Part shown: one piece after another, positions 27,661-40,059 of the stretch
Position numbering within the stretch: position 1 is the first letter of the stretch
How the letters are laid out: each line of letters opens with the position of its first letter
Source: Eledone cirrhosa
Taxonomy: Eukaryota
Reading direction: 5' to 3'
Length of the DNA stretch: 64,000 bases
Assembly: GCA_964016885.1 (NCBI GenBank)
Contig: OZ024743.1
Location: forward strand, 127,038,001 to 127,102,000
Position numbers and translations under genes: made by a program
Notes under the pieces: generated by a model
What the model was told of the DNA's origin: nothing
Databases searched by the model: none
Seen by the model: the letters and a program-made list of their open reading frames with translations, nothing else

Positions 27661-28043
27661 AAATAAGGACAATTAATAATTTAAATATATATAAATTTTG
27701 CCTTATTGAAGTAATAATTTATTGATATTTATATGTATTGGAATAATTTCATTAAGAGTCTCTTTATCCTATGCTTTGATTAGGACAGTTCAATATTTAA
27801 TTAGACATCAATTATGATATATACAATTGATGATTTATGGCTTTTGAATTATCGCTGGACGTGAGAGTAGAGATGAGTTATAAATGCCTCTATATGAGTT
27901 ATCTTCCTTTTATTTACATTGTCCGTAAAATTTTCTTTTTGACGAGCTTGTTAAAATATATTAAATATGAAATATGAAGATTAATAATATATAGACATTA
28001 AAAGGAAACTTTATATCAAAATAAGTAAATACAGAAGTAAATA

Positions 28044-28470
28044 TGTACAGCCACTGGAAATAACATCTGTCCTTACCAGTGAAATAAACAACTCTATCTA
28101 TCTGCCTACCTAGCTACTTCACCCCAGTGAAACAAACAACTCTTAGGCCACCAAAATAAAACGCCTACACAGCGGCTAAACACCAAACGATTATTTTTGT
28201 ATAAATAGAGTGGTTCCAAACATTTTCGCCAGTCGACCTTTGACAGAGTCAGCTAGCGTATCGTTGTTCCTCTCCTCTGCCACACTTGTCACTCACACAC
28301 GCCTTGTACCTCATGGAATAAATCGCTGAACGAAAGTACGTCTCTTGCCTGCTCGTCCTTTCAACTTCCTTCGTCTGTTCATCCTTACCGTATGCGATAA
28401 CAGTCCTTTTAAGGGCTATTCTCAGATCCGATCAGAAGTAGTGACCAGACCCACTAACCACGTCACTACA
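28044..28470 (+). mobile_element. Solo LTR (427 bp) of the same Gypsy family
   Basis: TG...CA ends, 4-bp TSD AATA, TATAAATA near 28200, AATAAA near 28317; first ~125 bp match 26707-26755 plus 27588-27660. Confidence 0.85.
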
Positions 28471-28673
28471 AATATAACCATTCATTAAATAAATGAAATA
28501 AAATTATAGAGAGTAAATATAACTCCAGTTTGATTCTAGGAAATAAATGAAAATTAAAGAATAGTAAAGCTTTTATAAAGCGAATCTTTAAATTAAAATA
28601 AATTAATTTGGGTAATAAATGAACTAAATATATTATATGTATTGATGGTGATATATGCATAGTATTATATTTT

Positions 28674-28856
28674 GGATTGGCAGTATCGGTAGAGGGTCGG
28701 ACGCCATGCTTTCCAGCATAGTTACGTCCCTTTACGATCTGAGTTCAAATCCCGCCGAAGTTGACTTTGCCTTTCATCCTTACGGGGTCGATGAAATAAA
28801 GTACCAGTAACGCACTGGGTAGTTGCTGGCCTTGTGCCTAAAGTAGAAACAATTAT
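28674..28856 (+). mobile_element. tRNA-derived (ATT)n SINE copy
   Basis: TSD ATTATATTTT on both sides. Confidence 0.85.
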
Positions 28857-29536
28857 ATTTTAATACATATTTAATAATTATTTAAATACGTTTTAAAGAT
28901 TAATTCTTTTAAAGTTGTAACAAAATATTAAAGGAATATCTTACCTTAAAATTAAACATTATAATAATCTATAATGAGCTAAATTAAATTATATAAATTT
29001 ATAATTAACTTAAATATGTGATTGCTATAGAAAATAATCTATACTGAATAATCTAGATATAATATAAAAGTATAATTAGCTAAAACATAATCAAATACAA
29101 GAGATATTCATTGATATATGTGAATAGATTTGATTTCTTATTTTATCTAGCATTTGAAAACAACTGTTTTTTTTATATTCCTCTCTATTTGGTGTTTCCT
29201 TCTTTTTCTTTACCCCCTCTTCGTTTCCTTTTACTCTCCCCCACATCTTCCCTCTGTTTTGTCTTTATTCCTCTTTTCTTTTTATATATTTCTTTTCTTC
29301 TTTTATTCATTCATCCATTTATTTTTGTATTCATTTATTTATTTATGTATGTATTTCTTTCTTGCCTTTTCCTCTTCTTTGCACCCCTCATATCTTTAAC
29401 TTGCTCTACGTCCTTTTCTTCATTAAGTTTATTCATATTATTTGTGGTATAAAAACGTTGAGATTTGATGAAATAAATCACTGCCAATACTGGAATTTAA
29501 TAATCAAGACCGTAGCGGTATGTCATACATCAAATC

Positions 29537-29605
29537 ATATATTTTGTCTGATGAAAACGTACTTAAACAACATAGTACCTTTGAAATATGTATAATAAAA
29601 TATAT
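29537..29605 (+). ncRNA. Minimal type I hammerhead ribozyme motif
   Basis: Stem I ATATATTTTGT/ATAAAATATAT, CTGATGA, stem II AAACGTACT/AGTACCTTT, GAAA-T-ATGT-A-TA (AUA site). Confidence 0.7.
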
Positions 29606-29779
29606 ATTTTGATTATGTGAATATTTTTCATTTGTTAACATTTTGAATAATATTAAAAACTCCAGGAAAACCCTTTGTTGAGTGCTTATAATCTATTGTA
29701 AAATTATATAATCAACGAACCATTCTAATATTTTGTTATATATATATATACATATTTTTTTATATATACATATTTTTTT

Positions 29780-30850
29780 ATTACATGAACAGTGTATTTT
29801 CCAAATACATATGTTTCACTGAGTGAGTCTAATAGATCCTCTCAGCTCCTCAGTTCGACCATCTTAAAATGGATGTTTGTATTGGTTCAGTTCTTTTATA
29901 GAAGAGTTTCAAGGAAAGGTTCAATTATTATTTGTGGTGAGATACATAGAATGAGTGAAAAGGAGAGGTAACCCACCTTTTTTCTTGTTAGAATGATAGT
30001 TCAAGGGAGCTAACTTATTCAATATTTATAGGCTATTGAAAGCAAGCTGTTAATGAAGTTAAGACGCTAAAGGGTTTTAGATTCAATAAAGTAGAGATGT
30101 TTAGGAGGAGGGGTCTGATATGGGGGAGTAACCTTAGCTGGCTTACTGGATGTTTATTAGAAGCCTCTCTATGTTATAGATGCTAAACATTCTTAGGGAG
30201 AAATGAAGTGTGCATCAAGGTGTATTGATTGTGTTCTGTGTGTAAGAGATTGTTAGTCTGGAGTTTTCTCCCTTTTAAGTATATATTTAGACATATGTGG
30301 GCAGCAGTTGCAAAAATCTGCTCTCATATTTAGGCAGCTATTAGTAGAGTGCAGCATTTTTTAGGATGTTCCATCTTTCATCTGTGCATAAATTACACTT
30401 CTTTTTGTTTGCATAGGGCTTAGATCTTTCTAGAATCCACTATTTAATGGAGAAAACTGTGCTGCTCTTTTTGAGGGTCTACACATGTCTTATAGGTTTT
30501 GTGGCAGATCTCTTGTCTTGGTTGTTTTATGGTCAAGGAAACAGCGTTTAAAGCAACCCTCCGACATTCCCACATATATCCTATCCTCTCGCTGCTGGTT
30601 AGGCTAAGTTGAACTGACTTCTGCTTCAATTATGATGGCGGGTATATTTCATTCTTGGTCAAAGAGGCATGGGCCTAATCTTCTGCATGAGCAACTTGGT
30701 GTGAGAGAACTCTTGGGTTTATTGGTGATATGGGATTTTATCATTTTTGTACAGGAATAGCCAATTTTCACTGCATGATGATTAAATATTTGCTTCCACT
30801 TATCGCCAACAGGAAAATGTTTATCTATGAACGCTAAAAACTTCTTTCCT
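29780..30850 (-). mobile_element. Penelope-like element 3' portion (GIY-YIG remnant plus pLTR), decayed
   Basis: Minus-strand translation AFIDKHFP...IFNHHAVKIGYSC and YVGMSEGCFKR, typical of Penelope/Poseidon linker and GIY-YIG; ends in hammerhead and AATAAA. Confidence 0.7.
29801..29858 (-). ncRNA. Minimal type I hammerhead ribozyme motif with palindromic stem III
   Basis: Minus strand TCGAA CTGAGGA GCTGAG...CTCAGT GAAA C-ATAT-G TA TTTGG (GUA site). Confidence 0.75.
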
Positions 30851-32215
30851 CATCCTCGGGTCACCGATCCACCCGCCGGCCATCCACTCTACCATCAGGT
30901 CCAGGCTTCAACAACTCCAGACTCTCACGAGCCGACTGGGCTTGATTGACGGCCACCCAGCTCTCTTTCTGCTGAGGAACTGCTTCGCCATGCCGAAGCT
31001 CCTCTATACACTCCGCAGCGCTCCATGCTACACCCAGACATCTCTCCTCGCTGACCTCGATACTTGTATCGGAGCAGCAGCCAAGGGGATATGCAACGTC
31101 AAGTTTGACAACATAGGGTGGCAACAGGCCACTTTACCGGTCAGGTATGGCGGCCTAGGCCTCCGGTCCCCGATCTCACGAGCTTTGCCGGCGTATCTTT
31201 CGTCGGTAACTCGTGCCGCGTCCTCGTCAGCAGGGTTCTTCAAAACACAACAGAACCCTCTGTGTTCAGAGAACGTGAGGCCGCCTGTGAGACGTGGGAC
31301 CGGCTGGGACTTAGCCCAGTAGACGTCCATCCTCCTTCTCCCCCTGTTGACGTAAATTCCCCCCAATGCACTTGGTATGCCATTCAGTGCAGCCTGGCCT
31401 CAGACAGGCTCACGCGCCAGCTCGACCAGCACCACCTTGCTTGTTTTCGTGCGGCCTCCAAACCCACTGTGGTGCCTAGCTCCATGCTCTGCCCTCCTTC
31501 TCCACTGGCACGCAGCTAGACAACCATAGCCTGCGAATCGGCGTTTCCCTGAGGCTCGGCCTCCGGATCTGCCAGCCACACCAATGTCGCTGCGGTTCCA
31601 CCGTGAACTCTTTCGGCCTCCACCCGCTTTCCTGTCGCCACAGGGCCGGCCGCATTGCACGCCATACTGCCCTCAACGAGGTCATTAAGCATGGCTTGGA
31701 CGCTGCAGGCTTCTCTTCCCAGCTCGAGCCGGTGGGGCTGGATCGAAGGGACGGCAAAAGGCCAGATGGCATGACCATCTTCCCGTTCCGCGGTGGCAAA
31801 CCCCTCGTCTGGGATACCACTTGCACCGACACTTTCTGCAGCCGCAACCTGGTGCAGTCTGCGACTGACCCAGGTTCTGCTGCACGTCGGGCTGAGGGGG
31901 CCAAACTCCTCAAATACCGGTCGCTCTCCGACAGGTTTGCGGTCGTTCCCCTGGCAGTGGAAACTTCTAGTGTCCTCGGCCCCAGGGCCACCTCCTTACT
32001 CACCACCATTGGCGTTGAGCTGGCCAGCCGTAGGTGTGAGCCCCGCGAGTTGGAGTGGCTTTTCTAGCGCGTCTCCCTTGCCGTCCTGCGGGGAAACGCC
32101 TTCTCCATTCTGTCCGCCGGGGCTGTGGGTGGGCCCCATCGCGTACCATTACATTAGTTAAATACCATTCTTTCGTTTCAAATACGTACTGTCTTAACAT
32201 TAAGAAAGAAAAAAG
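30851..32215 (+). mobile_element. 5'-truncated GC-rich CRE-clade-like RLE non-LTR retrotransposon (pseudogene)
   Basis: WQQATLPVRYGGLGLRS, C.CG...HPLSC, RHTALN, EPVGL, KRPDG, WDTT, PLAVET, (Q>stop)RVSLAVLRGNA; frameshifted. Boundaries approximate. Confidence 0.8.
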
Positions 32216-32399
32216 GGGAAAACTACACAATATTTCTATTCCTGTTTTTTTTTCTTCTCAACTCATCCCTCGGATTAAGTGCTCTATCAGCTTTGGGTAT
32301 TCAATACAAAATTCAACTACACTACACAGCTCCAAGACATTAGCCAAATTTGCAGATTCTTCATGCTATCACCACGTGTAAGTTTGCCAATCCACTTTA

Positions 32400-32545
32400 C
32401 CTTGTGAGCACTCTACATATTTAGGTACTTTACACAACAAGAACCTTACCCATCTAGAATGAACCGCCGTGAAATTCATTATTTCTTGAAGAATATTCCC
32501 ACCCCTTCAAACCAGAAATATTTGAAACTCCCACAAAAAGTCTTT
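32400..32545 (+). pseudogene. Penelope-like ORF N-terminal remnant
   Basis: YFLKNIPTPS..KY resembles the YS.KNIP.PS start motif of Penelope/Poseidon ORFs; short. Confidence 0.45.
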
Positions 32546-33517
32546 ATATGCAATATATTTGTAGACAGAAAAATAAGGATCCACAGGACTAGTTTCAATC
32601 TTGTGTTGGGATTCATCTGTGACTGCATTTTATTGTTCACATAGACACAGTTTATAAACCCTCTATTACTTAGAGCTTAAATAACTTGGATAGAGCTAAC
32701 ATATTTCTTAAAGTAATATTATCACCAGTTAACTAACTACTGAACGTACTAATTTTAGAAATTAATTGAAGGGTATATTGCAAGTAGTCTAAAGGTTGTA
32801 TTTGATATACAGTTGTTTAGGTGACGGGCGGGATGGCTTTGTTGTTAACCCAGGTCAGACCTGATGACGTAAACTTTGGATCAAAGATATTCTAGCCGTG
32901 ATCATCCCATCTTTTCCCTATATGCTGGAAACTCAAGACCACATTATCTAACGTTTTTTTTTTAAAGGCCGTAATGTATGACTTGAGAAATAGTTGGCTG
33001 CTATTTCTCGCAAGTGGGGCTACTGTGGAAACTATTTTGTTTGCAAGTAGGGGATAGGAAACTGGAGGAAAAGGCAAAGAAAAATGTTTGTAATAGAAGA
33101 AAAACGAAGAGCGGGAGTGGGTGAAATATTAGCAAACACTTAAGAGATAAAAAATATTTAGAACAGAATAAATGCCATTTAGCTGGTGATATGTTATACT
33201 TTGAACTGTAGTCGCGTGGAAGCGAAACCCATGTATAACAATAATCTGTCAAATACTAAGTTGAATGACCTGATTTTGAATTATCAACATTTTACCTCCT
33301 CTCTTATATTTAAGTATAAAACAATTAGTGAAATATTTAGTTAAATGACCTGGCTTCATATATCATTGAATATTTTTCCTTGTTCAATTATTTTTTAATC
33401 TGATATTTCAGTTTCTCTGTCCACGGGGGGTTCGAAAACCAACACGGGTGAGTAAGACCTATCAGTTTTTATATATACTAGTTTTGCTTTCTTTCATTAT
33501 ATATATAAATATAAATT

Positions 33518-33520
<3 letters not shown>

Positions 33521-33567
<47 letters not shown>
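33521..33567. repeat. (AT)n microsatellite
   Basis: Direct reading. Confidence 0.95.
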
Positions 33568-33570
<3 letters not shown>

Positions 33571-34480
33571 TTTACGAAATTTAGACATGACATCTCAAAT
33601 GAAGTGCTTGAAATAACACCCACATTTCCTTCAAATTACACCCTCTAAAATCTGAAGGAGACGTTGGGTAATTGGCGATCGTTCGTATTATTTTATGCAC
33701 GACGGTAACGTTGGTACAGCTTCTTCCATATGAGCAAATGTCTTCTACTTCCCCCGGGTTGAAATGTGAGTGAAATATATTAAGTTAACAGTTGTATAAA
33801 TAACATTACAAATATGTTTTAAATATATACATAAATAAAATTACAGATGCGTAAATAACATTATAAATTGCTCGCAATTCCTTCAGAACGTTACACATAC
33901 AATGTTGATAAACATAACTATAAACGCATTAAAAGAGAGAGAAAAAAAAAGGGGGGGGGGGGGGCGACAGAACGATCATCAATTTACCACCAAGTGCAAC
34001 AATCGGCCGCACACCACATCACAAGGGTTAACTAAACATTTTGAGGTAAGCCAACACGGTAGCATTACCGCGGGTGATGGCGAGGCTAAGACAACCAAGC
34101 ACCTTCATGGGCATCACCTAGCAACGCGAGCCGCCAGATATGACAAGAACTGTCAGCGGCCCAACTCCGCCAAACGTCACAGGCTGGAAAAAACAATTAC
34201 TGGATAAATATCGAAGTTCACAGTTGTATAAATAACCTTACAAATTGTTTATAGTTCTTATTGACTGAAAATATAAACACATATAATAAATACAATTGAT
34301 TATTGCTTGGAACCTTACAAATGTAATGCACAAAAATATATGGTCGAAGCAAGAGAAAAAGAAAAGGAAAGAAGAAAAGAACAAAAACAACCACCAAGTG
34401 TGTCAATTGGCCGCACACCGGGAGGGTCAACGGAAGGAAGTAAATAAAGAAAACGTTAACAATGTTTATTATCATATAAC

Positions 34481-34590
34481 AAATCCCGCCGAGGTTAACT
34501 TTGCTTTTCATCCTTACGAGGTCGATAAAATAAAGTACCAGTAATGCACTGGGATAATTGCTGGCATTGTGCCAAAAGTAGAAACAATTA
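34481..34590 (+). mobile_element. 5'-truncated (ATT)n SINE
   Basis: 17-bp TSD ATTATCATATAACAAAT at 34468-34484 and 34587-34603. Confidence 0.85.
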
Positions 34591-34958
34591 TCATATAACA
34601 AATATATAAGGTTAATTGTGTATTGAATACTCATTTTTAATGAAAATCACTGATGATTATTTTCGAATAATTTTGAAAACTACGGAATAATATAACTAAC
34701 TTTGGAACATAACAAAGGTTTTTACATGAAAACACTATTTGTTAGATGAATATAAACACTTTAGAACAAACAATTTCGTATCGTAGAACCAGGGCTAGTT
34801 TCAGGCGGCTTCGTATTAAATGGGTTAACGCTCATACATACAACACCCATTTTGGTATTTACTTACATGTTGGCGTTGTTTGGTTTGATATAGCAGCAGT
34901 GATTGTTAAGGACTTATTACATACCAGGATCTCTTAGAGCCACTACGACATTGAATTA

Positions 34959-34963
<5 letters not shown>

Positions 34964-35014
<51 letters not shown>

Positions 35015-35148
35015 TAAAATAACAGATTAAAGTTTAAGCAAAGAATCGGTGCTTTCACCCTTAACGGGATCTTAAGATCTTAAGATCCCGTTAAGAGTGA
35101 AAGCAGCGATTCTTTGCTTAAACTTTAATCTGTTATTTTAATAAATAT
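34964..35148. repeat. (TA)n run followed by a ~140-bp near-perfect palindrome
   Basis: 35007-35148 is self-complementary around GATCTTAAGATCTTAAGATC; one arm recurs at ~48547-48607. Confidence 0.85.
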
Positions 35149-35699
35149 TTGCTCTACGGTTCTTATATATTTGATATATATATTTATCCTTATCGAGCCC
35201 TCTTTGGATTTTAGTCTTCAAATTTACTATTATTACTATATATATATATAGTATGTGCGTGTGTACGCGAATATAGATGCGTGTGTTTGTATGCATTATT
35301 GTTTTTTTTTTAATGACGTTCATGTAGCTGTTTAGCCCTAGGCCAAGCCTGGTTGAACAGACCTACGATCAAAAACATCCCAACCATGACCATTCTGTCT
35401 TTTCTCTACGTGCAGGACCAGTTATCCAACGTGTATTTTCTTTTTTTTTTAGAGAGAAATTTAGCTGCTGTTTCTAGCAGGTCATGCCTGTATATATTCT
35501 GTTGCAGTACTGATTTGGTCTGTGACGTGCAACCCTTGCTAGCAGGGAAATTGGACGTTAAATGATGATGATATATGTGTATCATGTAATGGTTAGCTAT
35601 TTAAAATAGATCATCTGGCCGAGTGAACACGTGGTCTCTAGATTGTTGTTATTGTTTAACATTCATTTTATTAAGTGTTTTATTCATAGTTGTATAAAA

Positions 35700-35850
35700 A
35701 ATAATAATTGTTTCTATATTTGGCACGAGTCCAGCAATTATCCCAGTGTATTACTGGTACTTTATTTTATCGACCCCGTAAGGATGAAAGGCAAAGTTAA
35801 CCTCGGCGGGATTTGAACTCAGACCATAAAGGGACGTAACTCTTTGCTGC
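35700..35850 (-). mobile_element. 5'-truncated (ATT)n SINE
   Basis: Reverse complement of family body. Confidence 0.8.
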
Positions 35851-36035
35851 TTACAGAACGAAAACAAACAAATATAATGTATGTAACGGAAAGGAAAAAA
35901 ACAAAAAAACACGTAAGCAGGTAAGACACACATCTAGGACCAAGTACAACAAAAATACAGACGAAATGGGTAGACAAACGAACTGCTGCCAGAAGAAAAG
36001 ATAACACTGAATTTAACACTAGTATTTTAGTCAAT

Positions 36036-36834
36036 GTAGTGGGCAACAGAATTTAGGAGGGGAAGGGAGAGTCCTGAAGAGGACCTAAGGTCTGGACGTC
36101 CTGCAACTGCCACTATCGAGGTAAATATTGATCATGTTCACCACATAGTGACGAATGACAAGCAATTGACTATAAATCAAATAGCCAATGCTATTAGCAC
36201 AACAAAGGTTTCTGCTCGGTGGGTGCCACACCAGGCTGATCTTATCACGGGGAAAATCTGACATTGTTTGAGGCAGATCCAGCTGGTTTCCTTGAATGTT
36301 TCCTAACCTTTGAGCCAGAGACAGTGAGACAATCCATGCAGTAGAAACACCCCTCCTCACCTGCTCCAAAGAAGGCCTTATTTTCAAAAGGGCCACACCA
36401 TCAATAGAAAGTGCTATGTCAACTTGCTGAGGCATTTATGAGAGGCTATCAAGACCAAACACTTGTGGCTTTGAACTGGTTGATCACCCTCCCTATTCTC
36501 TTATTTGGCTCCATCTGACTATCATTTGTTCCCCAACATGAAAAAAACACTTGGCTGGGAACCAGTATTGCCGCAATGATGATTTCATATCTGTTGTTAC
36601 TCTTTTACTCTTTTATCTGTTCCAGCCATCCGGCTGAGGCCATGCTGGGGCACCGCCCTTGATAACTTTTTTGACCAACAGGATGAAAGCTTCTTCACCA
36701 ATGGGATCCAAGCACTGTAACACTGATGGAAGAAGTATGTGGACCACAAGGGGGACTGTTGAAAAATAAACCTCATTCGGTCACATTCCATGAAAGTATC
36801 TTGGTCAGCCTATGAACTTTTCAGCTGGCCCCTG
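36036..36834 (+). mobile_element. Decayed mariner relic, second family
   Basis: WATEFRRGRES.E.D.RSGRP, RWVP, HPPYS..LAPSDY remnants; right end AACTTTTCAGCTGGCCCCTG|TA. Confidence 0.7.
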
Positions 36835-36890
36835 TACCTCCAAATTCTTGAATATTTTAAATATTAAAGGCTGTGACTTTCATAAGAAAT

Positions 36891-37065
36891 ATAATTGTTT
36901 CTACTTTTGGCACAAGGCCAGCAATTATCCAGTACATTACTGGTACTTTATTTTATTGACCCCGTAAGGATGAAAGGCAAAGTTAACCTTGGTGGCATTT
37001 GAACTTGTAACTATGCTGGAAAGCATAGTGTCCGACTCTCTACCGATACTGCCAATCCACCGCCC
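36891..37065 (-). mobile_element. (ATT)n SINE with intact 5' end
   Basis: TSD CTTTCATAAGAAATATAAT at 36877-36895 and 37065-37083. Confidence 0.85.
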
Positions 37066-37793
37066 TTTCATAAGAAATATAATAAAGGGTTAAAATGGTC
37101 TTTGAATTCTTTGTTTTCCACATTAATGATTTAGAATCTGCAAAAATATTTTTAAAAAGTGATAATAGATAAAATAAATTAAATAAATAAGAATTTTAAA
37201 GAATCAATTTTATATCAATTTATTTTTTTTTACTTTAGCTCTCTTCAATTCCTGGTTTTGATTTAAAGTTTGTAACTTTTTCATCAAATCTTTGACTGAT
37301 TCAGCTATGAGAAGCAAGCCATTTGCATACAAGAATTGCCACAGGCATTCCTCTGTAGAGTGTAGGAACGATTGTGAGTGAGTTGTAGTGCCCAGCCTAT
37401 CTGAGAAGTCAGTGGCTCTGATTAAGTACAGACATGCTAGCAGGGAAAACATATTAAATGATGTTGATGATGTTATCTTAAGACTATATAGTGTGGTTCC
37501 CTGTTAAAGGCCTACTTCAGGTCAATGAATGTGAAGATAGTATTTAGCAAGCTATTAATGAGAATGATAATATGTGTATTGTGTATTAATAGAAGTTACC
37601 AGTGAAGCAGTTTATAACAAGAAAAAATTGAACAAAAGAATACATGCAAGAACAAAATTGTAAGTGAGGTGCTAAGGGCCTTGTGTTAAGTCGCTGTGTC
37701 AAATAACTAGCTGTTTTGCTAACGGGGTCTAACAGAAAACGGATAAAGTCTGACATGGGCGAAAAGTTGCTATTCTTGCATTAAATGTTAGTT

Positions 37794-37912
37794 GTTATGG
37801 TAATTGTTTTACCAGAGCTGTGTAGCTGTTATGGTAAATGTTGTACCAGAGCTGTGTAGATGAAGCCGTTATGGTAGATATTGAACCAGGGCTGTTATGG
37901 TAGATATTGTAC
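37794..37912. repeat. Short degenerate tandem repeat (GTTATGGTA..TGT..ACCAG), four units of 26-40 bp
   Basis: Direct reading. Confidence 0.7.
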
Positions 37913-39089
37913 ATCTGTAAGAGATGCGGTCCAGTGGCTGAAGTAAGAAACCAGGCCGTGGTAATGTTTTGTAGTTACATTTTGGAATGTTTACCTTAGT
38001 GAGGTCAAGCTGCAAGAGAATTAGTTTATTAAAAAGAAGCGGGAATTTATCCATTTGGGTGGAAGTTGAGATACATATCCTTACGCTGATAGTGATTGGC
38101 TTAACTCAGCCAAACAATGTACGGAAAGGGTATCAATGCGCCAAAGGAAAGTAGCTTGCTACAAATGCTTGGTAGAGTGGCTTACTCTAAACTAGATATT
38201 TGTCTGGCAGTAGTTTTGTTAGGAAGAGATCATTGCTGGTACCCTATCTGGGCATAAATCTAAACTGCATTTCATCTTAGCTAATTCTCTTCCTAATCAG
38301 TTGTATTATCATTCTATCAGTAACTTTCATAACTCTGTTCATCAATTTGATGCCTCTTTGGTTAATTGGACTGGGCAACATGCTGTATCCTTGAGCAAGA
38401 CACTTCATTTCAGGTTGCTCCAGTTCACTCTTCTGAAAATAATTAGTACCAGCAGCAGTCTTGTATTCTCATTTGCTTGAACCTCATGAAACCAGGATAA
38501 ATACTGACCTGATGAGCCTCTACAGTTGAGAGAGACAGACATTGCCTATAACACTTTCCTGTGCTACTTGATTGAATATGTGAGTGACTAGCACATTATA
38601 TATTTTCAGCATCTCAGCAACTATCCTTGATGGTTCAACTGTTTTCTCTGCTTTCATCTTCTTAATCTTGCTTTCAGCTCTATGGCTGTTTACATCAATG
38701 GATACTCTGTTGGATTTGCTTGACATAGACCTTTCCCCTCTCAACTTCATTGTAATAGTATTTCTGTTCCTCTTTAATTTTGCCTTCATTGAGGGCAAGT
38801 CTACCACTCATTCTGTACACACTTCTTTCCAACAACATCTCATTGCCCTCCAATGAGACTGCCTTGCAATCCTGTACACACATCATCATCAGGACTGCTG
38901 CTGCCACTGCCACCACCATCACCCCCCCCCCTCGATGTGACAAATCTTCTCTATAATTTTTAACATGGTTTCTAGAGCTGGATGCCCTTCCTAAATCCAA
39001 ACCACTTTACAGAGTGTACTGGGTGCACTTCATTGTATAGTCTATTGAGATATCATATTTTATATTTTCTTGTTGTTTTTAGGTCAATA

Positions 39090-39576
39090 ATGAAGATATT
39101 TGGATTTGAATTTGCTCCAATTTTCATTCCCTTTGAAAGACGTATCCAGACAGCCTGTGTATTCCAATGGACTCTATGTTTCTTATGTATGGGTTTTGGC
39201 AGCCTTGGTCTCTTCATCTACCTGCTGTTCACTCAATACTATTACATATCTTTAGCATACTTCATATGGTACGTCTATGACTATAACACATGTGAACATG
39301 GAGGACGCCGTCTTTTATGGCAATTCAACAATCCTGTTTGGAAATACTTTGCTGATTATTTTCCTATAAAGCTCATCAAAATGGCAGAGCTTGATCCATC
39401 CAAGAACTACATTGCTGGTTACCATCCACATGGAATCATGAGTGCTGGTGCATTTGCTAATTTTGCAACAAATGCAACAGGATTCAACAACATTTTCCCA
39501 AAAATGCATCAGTATTTGTGTATACTGACAGGACAGTTTCATTTTCCATTCTTCAGAGAGTATTTAATGAGTTCTG
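39090..39576 (+). CDS. MOGAT2: MOGAT/DGAT2-family acyltransferase, first coding exon
   Basis: Acceptor TTTTAG at 39082, ATG 39090; FAP..IP.ERR.QT, YF.DYFP, YHPHG active-site motif; donor G|GTGAG, phase 1. Symbol is family-level (MOGAT2-like). Confidence 0.9.
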
Positions 39577-40059
39577 GTGAGTTCTTTAACTTTTTATCTT
39601 TTTTTAAATACATCAAAAAGAAAAAGAGCTGATTGTTAGATCAGACCAAGGAAAGAATGTTTCTATTTGTTTTTCCATTGCTGATATTATCTGCCAATCA
39701 CAACTCCTGACAGGAGAAAAAATTGATTATCTGATTGGACCAAGGAAACAATATTTCCATTGCTGATATGCTTTACCAAGCAGAAAAAAGAAAGTAGCTG
39801 GTCATTAGATCAGACCAAAGAAACATTGTTTCTATCAGGCTTTAATTGTAAGAGTTTAGAGCAAAATGCCTTGCAGTATTTCATTTGACTTTTTACAATC
39901 TGTCTTCAAATTCCAGTGTGATCTATCAATGAAAGACTTAATCTGGTCTCTGGTTTGAGGACACCTTACTCCTTCCCATCCATCTCAGAGATCCTGCAAA
40001 GTGTTAGAGACACTGCCTTTCCCCTCTATGAATAAACCACTAACCCCCCCCCCCTCCTC

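Noticed and set aside
29111-29452. Phe/Leu-rich membrane-protein-like ORF
   Set aside because: T-rich low-complexity tract upstream of a hammerhead; no family motifs or splice support.
34651-34685. CTGATGA TTATT-TTCG-AATAA TTTT GAAA hammerhead candidate
   Set aside because: Four extra bases before GAAA and no stem I partner.
36072-36100. CTGAAGA followed by GACC-TAA-GGTC hairpin
   Set aside because: No GAAA; the sequence is mariner transposase coding remnant (E.D.RSGRP).
38982-39089. N-terminal extension of the MOGAT ORF from ATG 38982
   Set aside because: SINE-derived sequence upstream of a clear splice acceptor; family similarity starts at ATG 39090.
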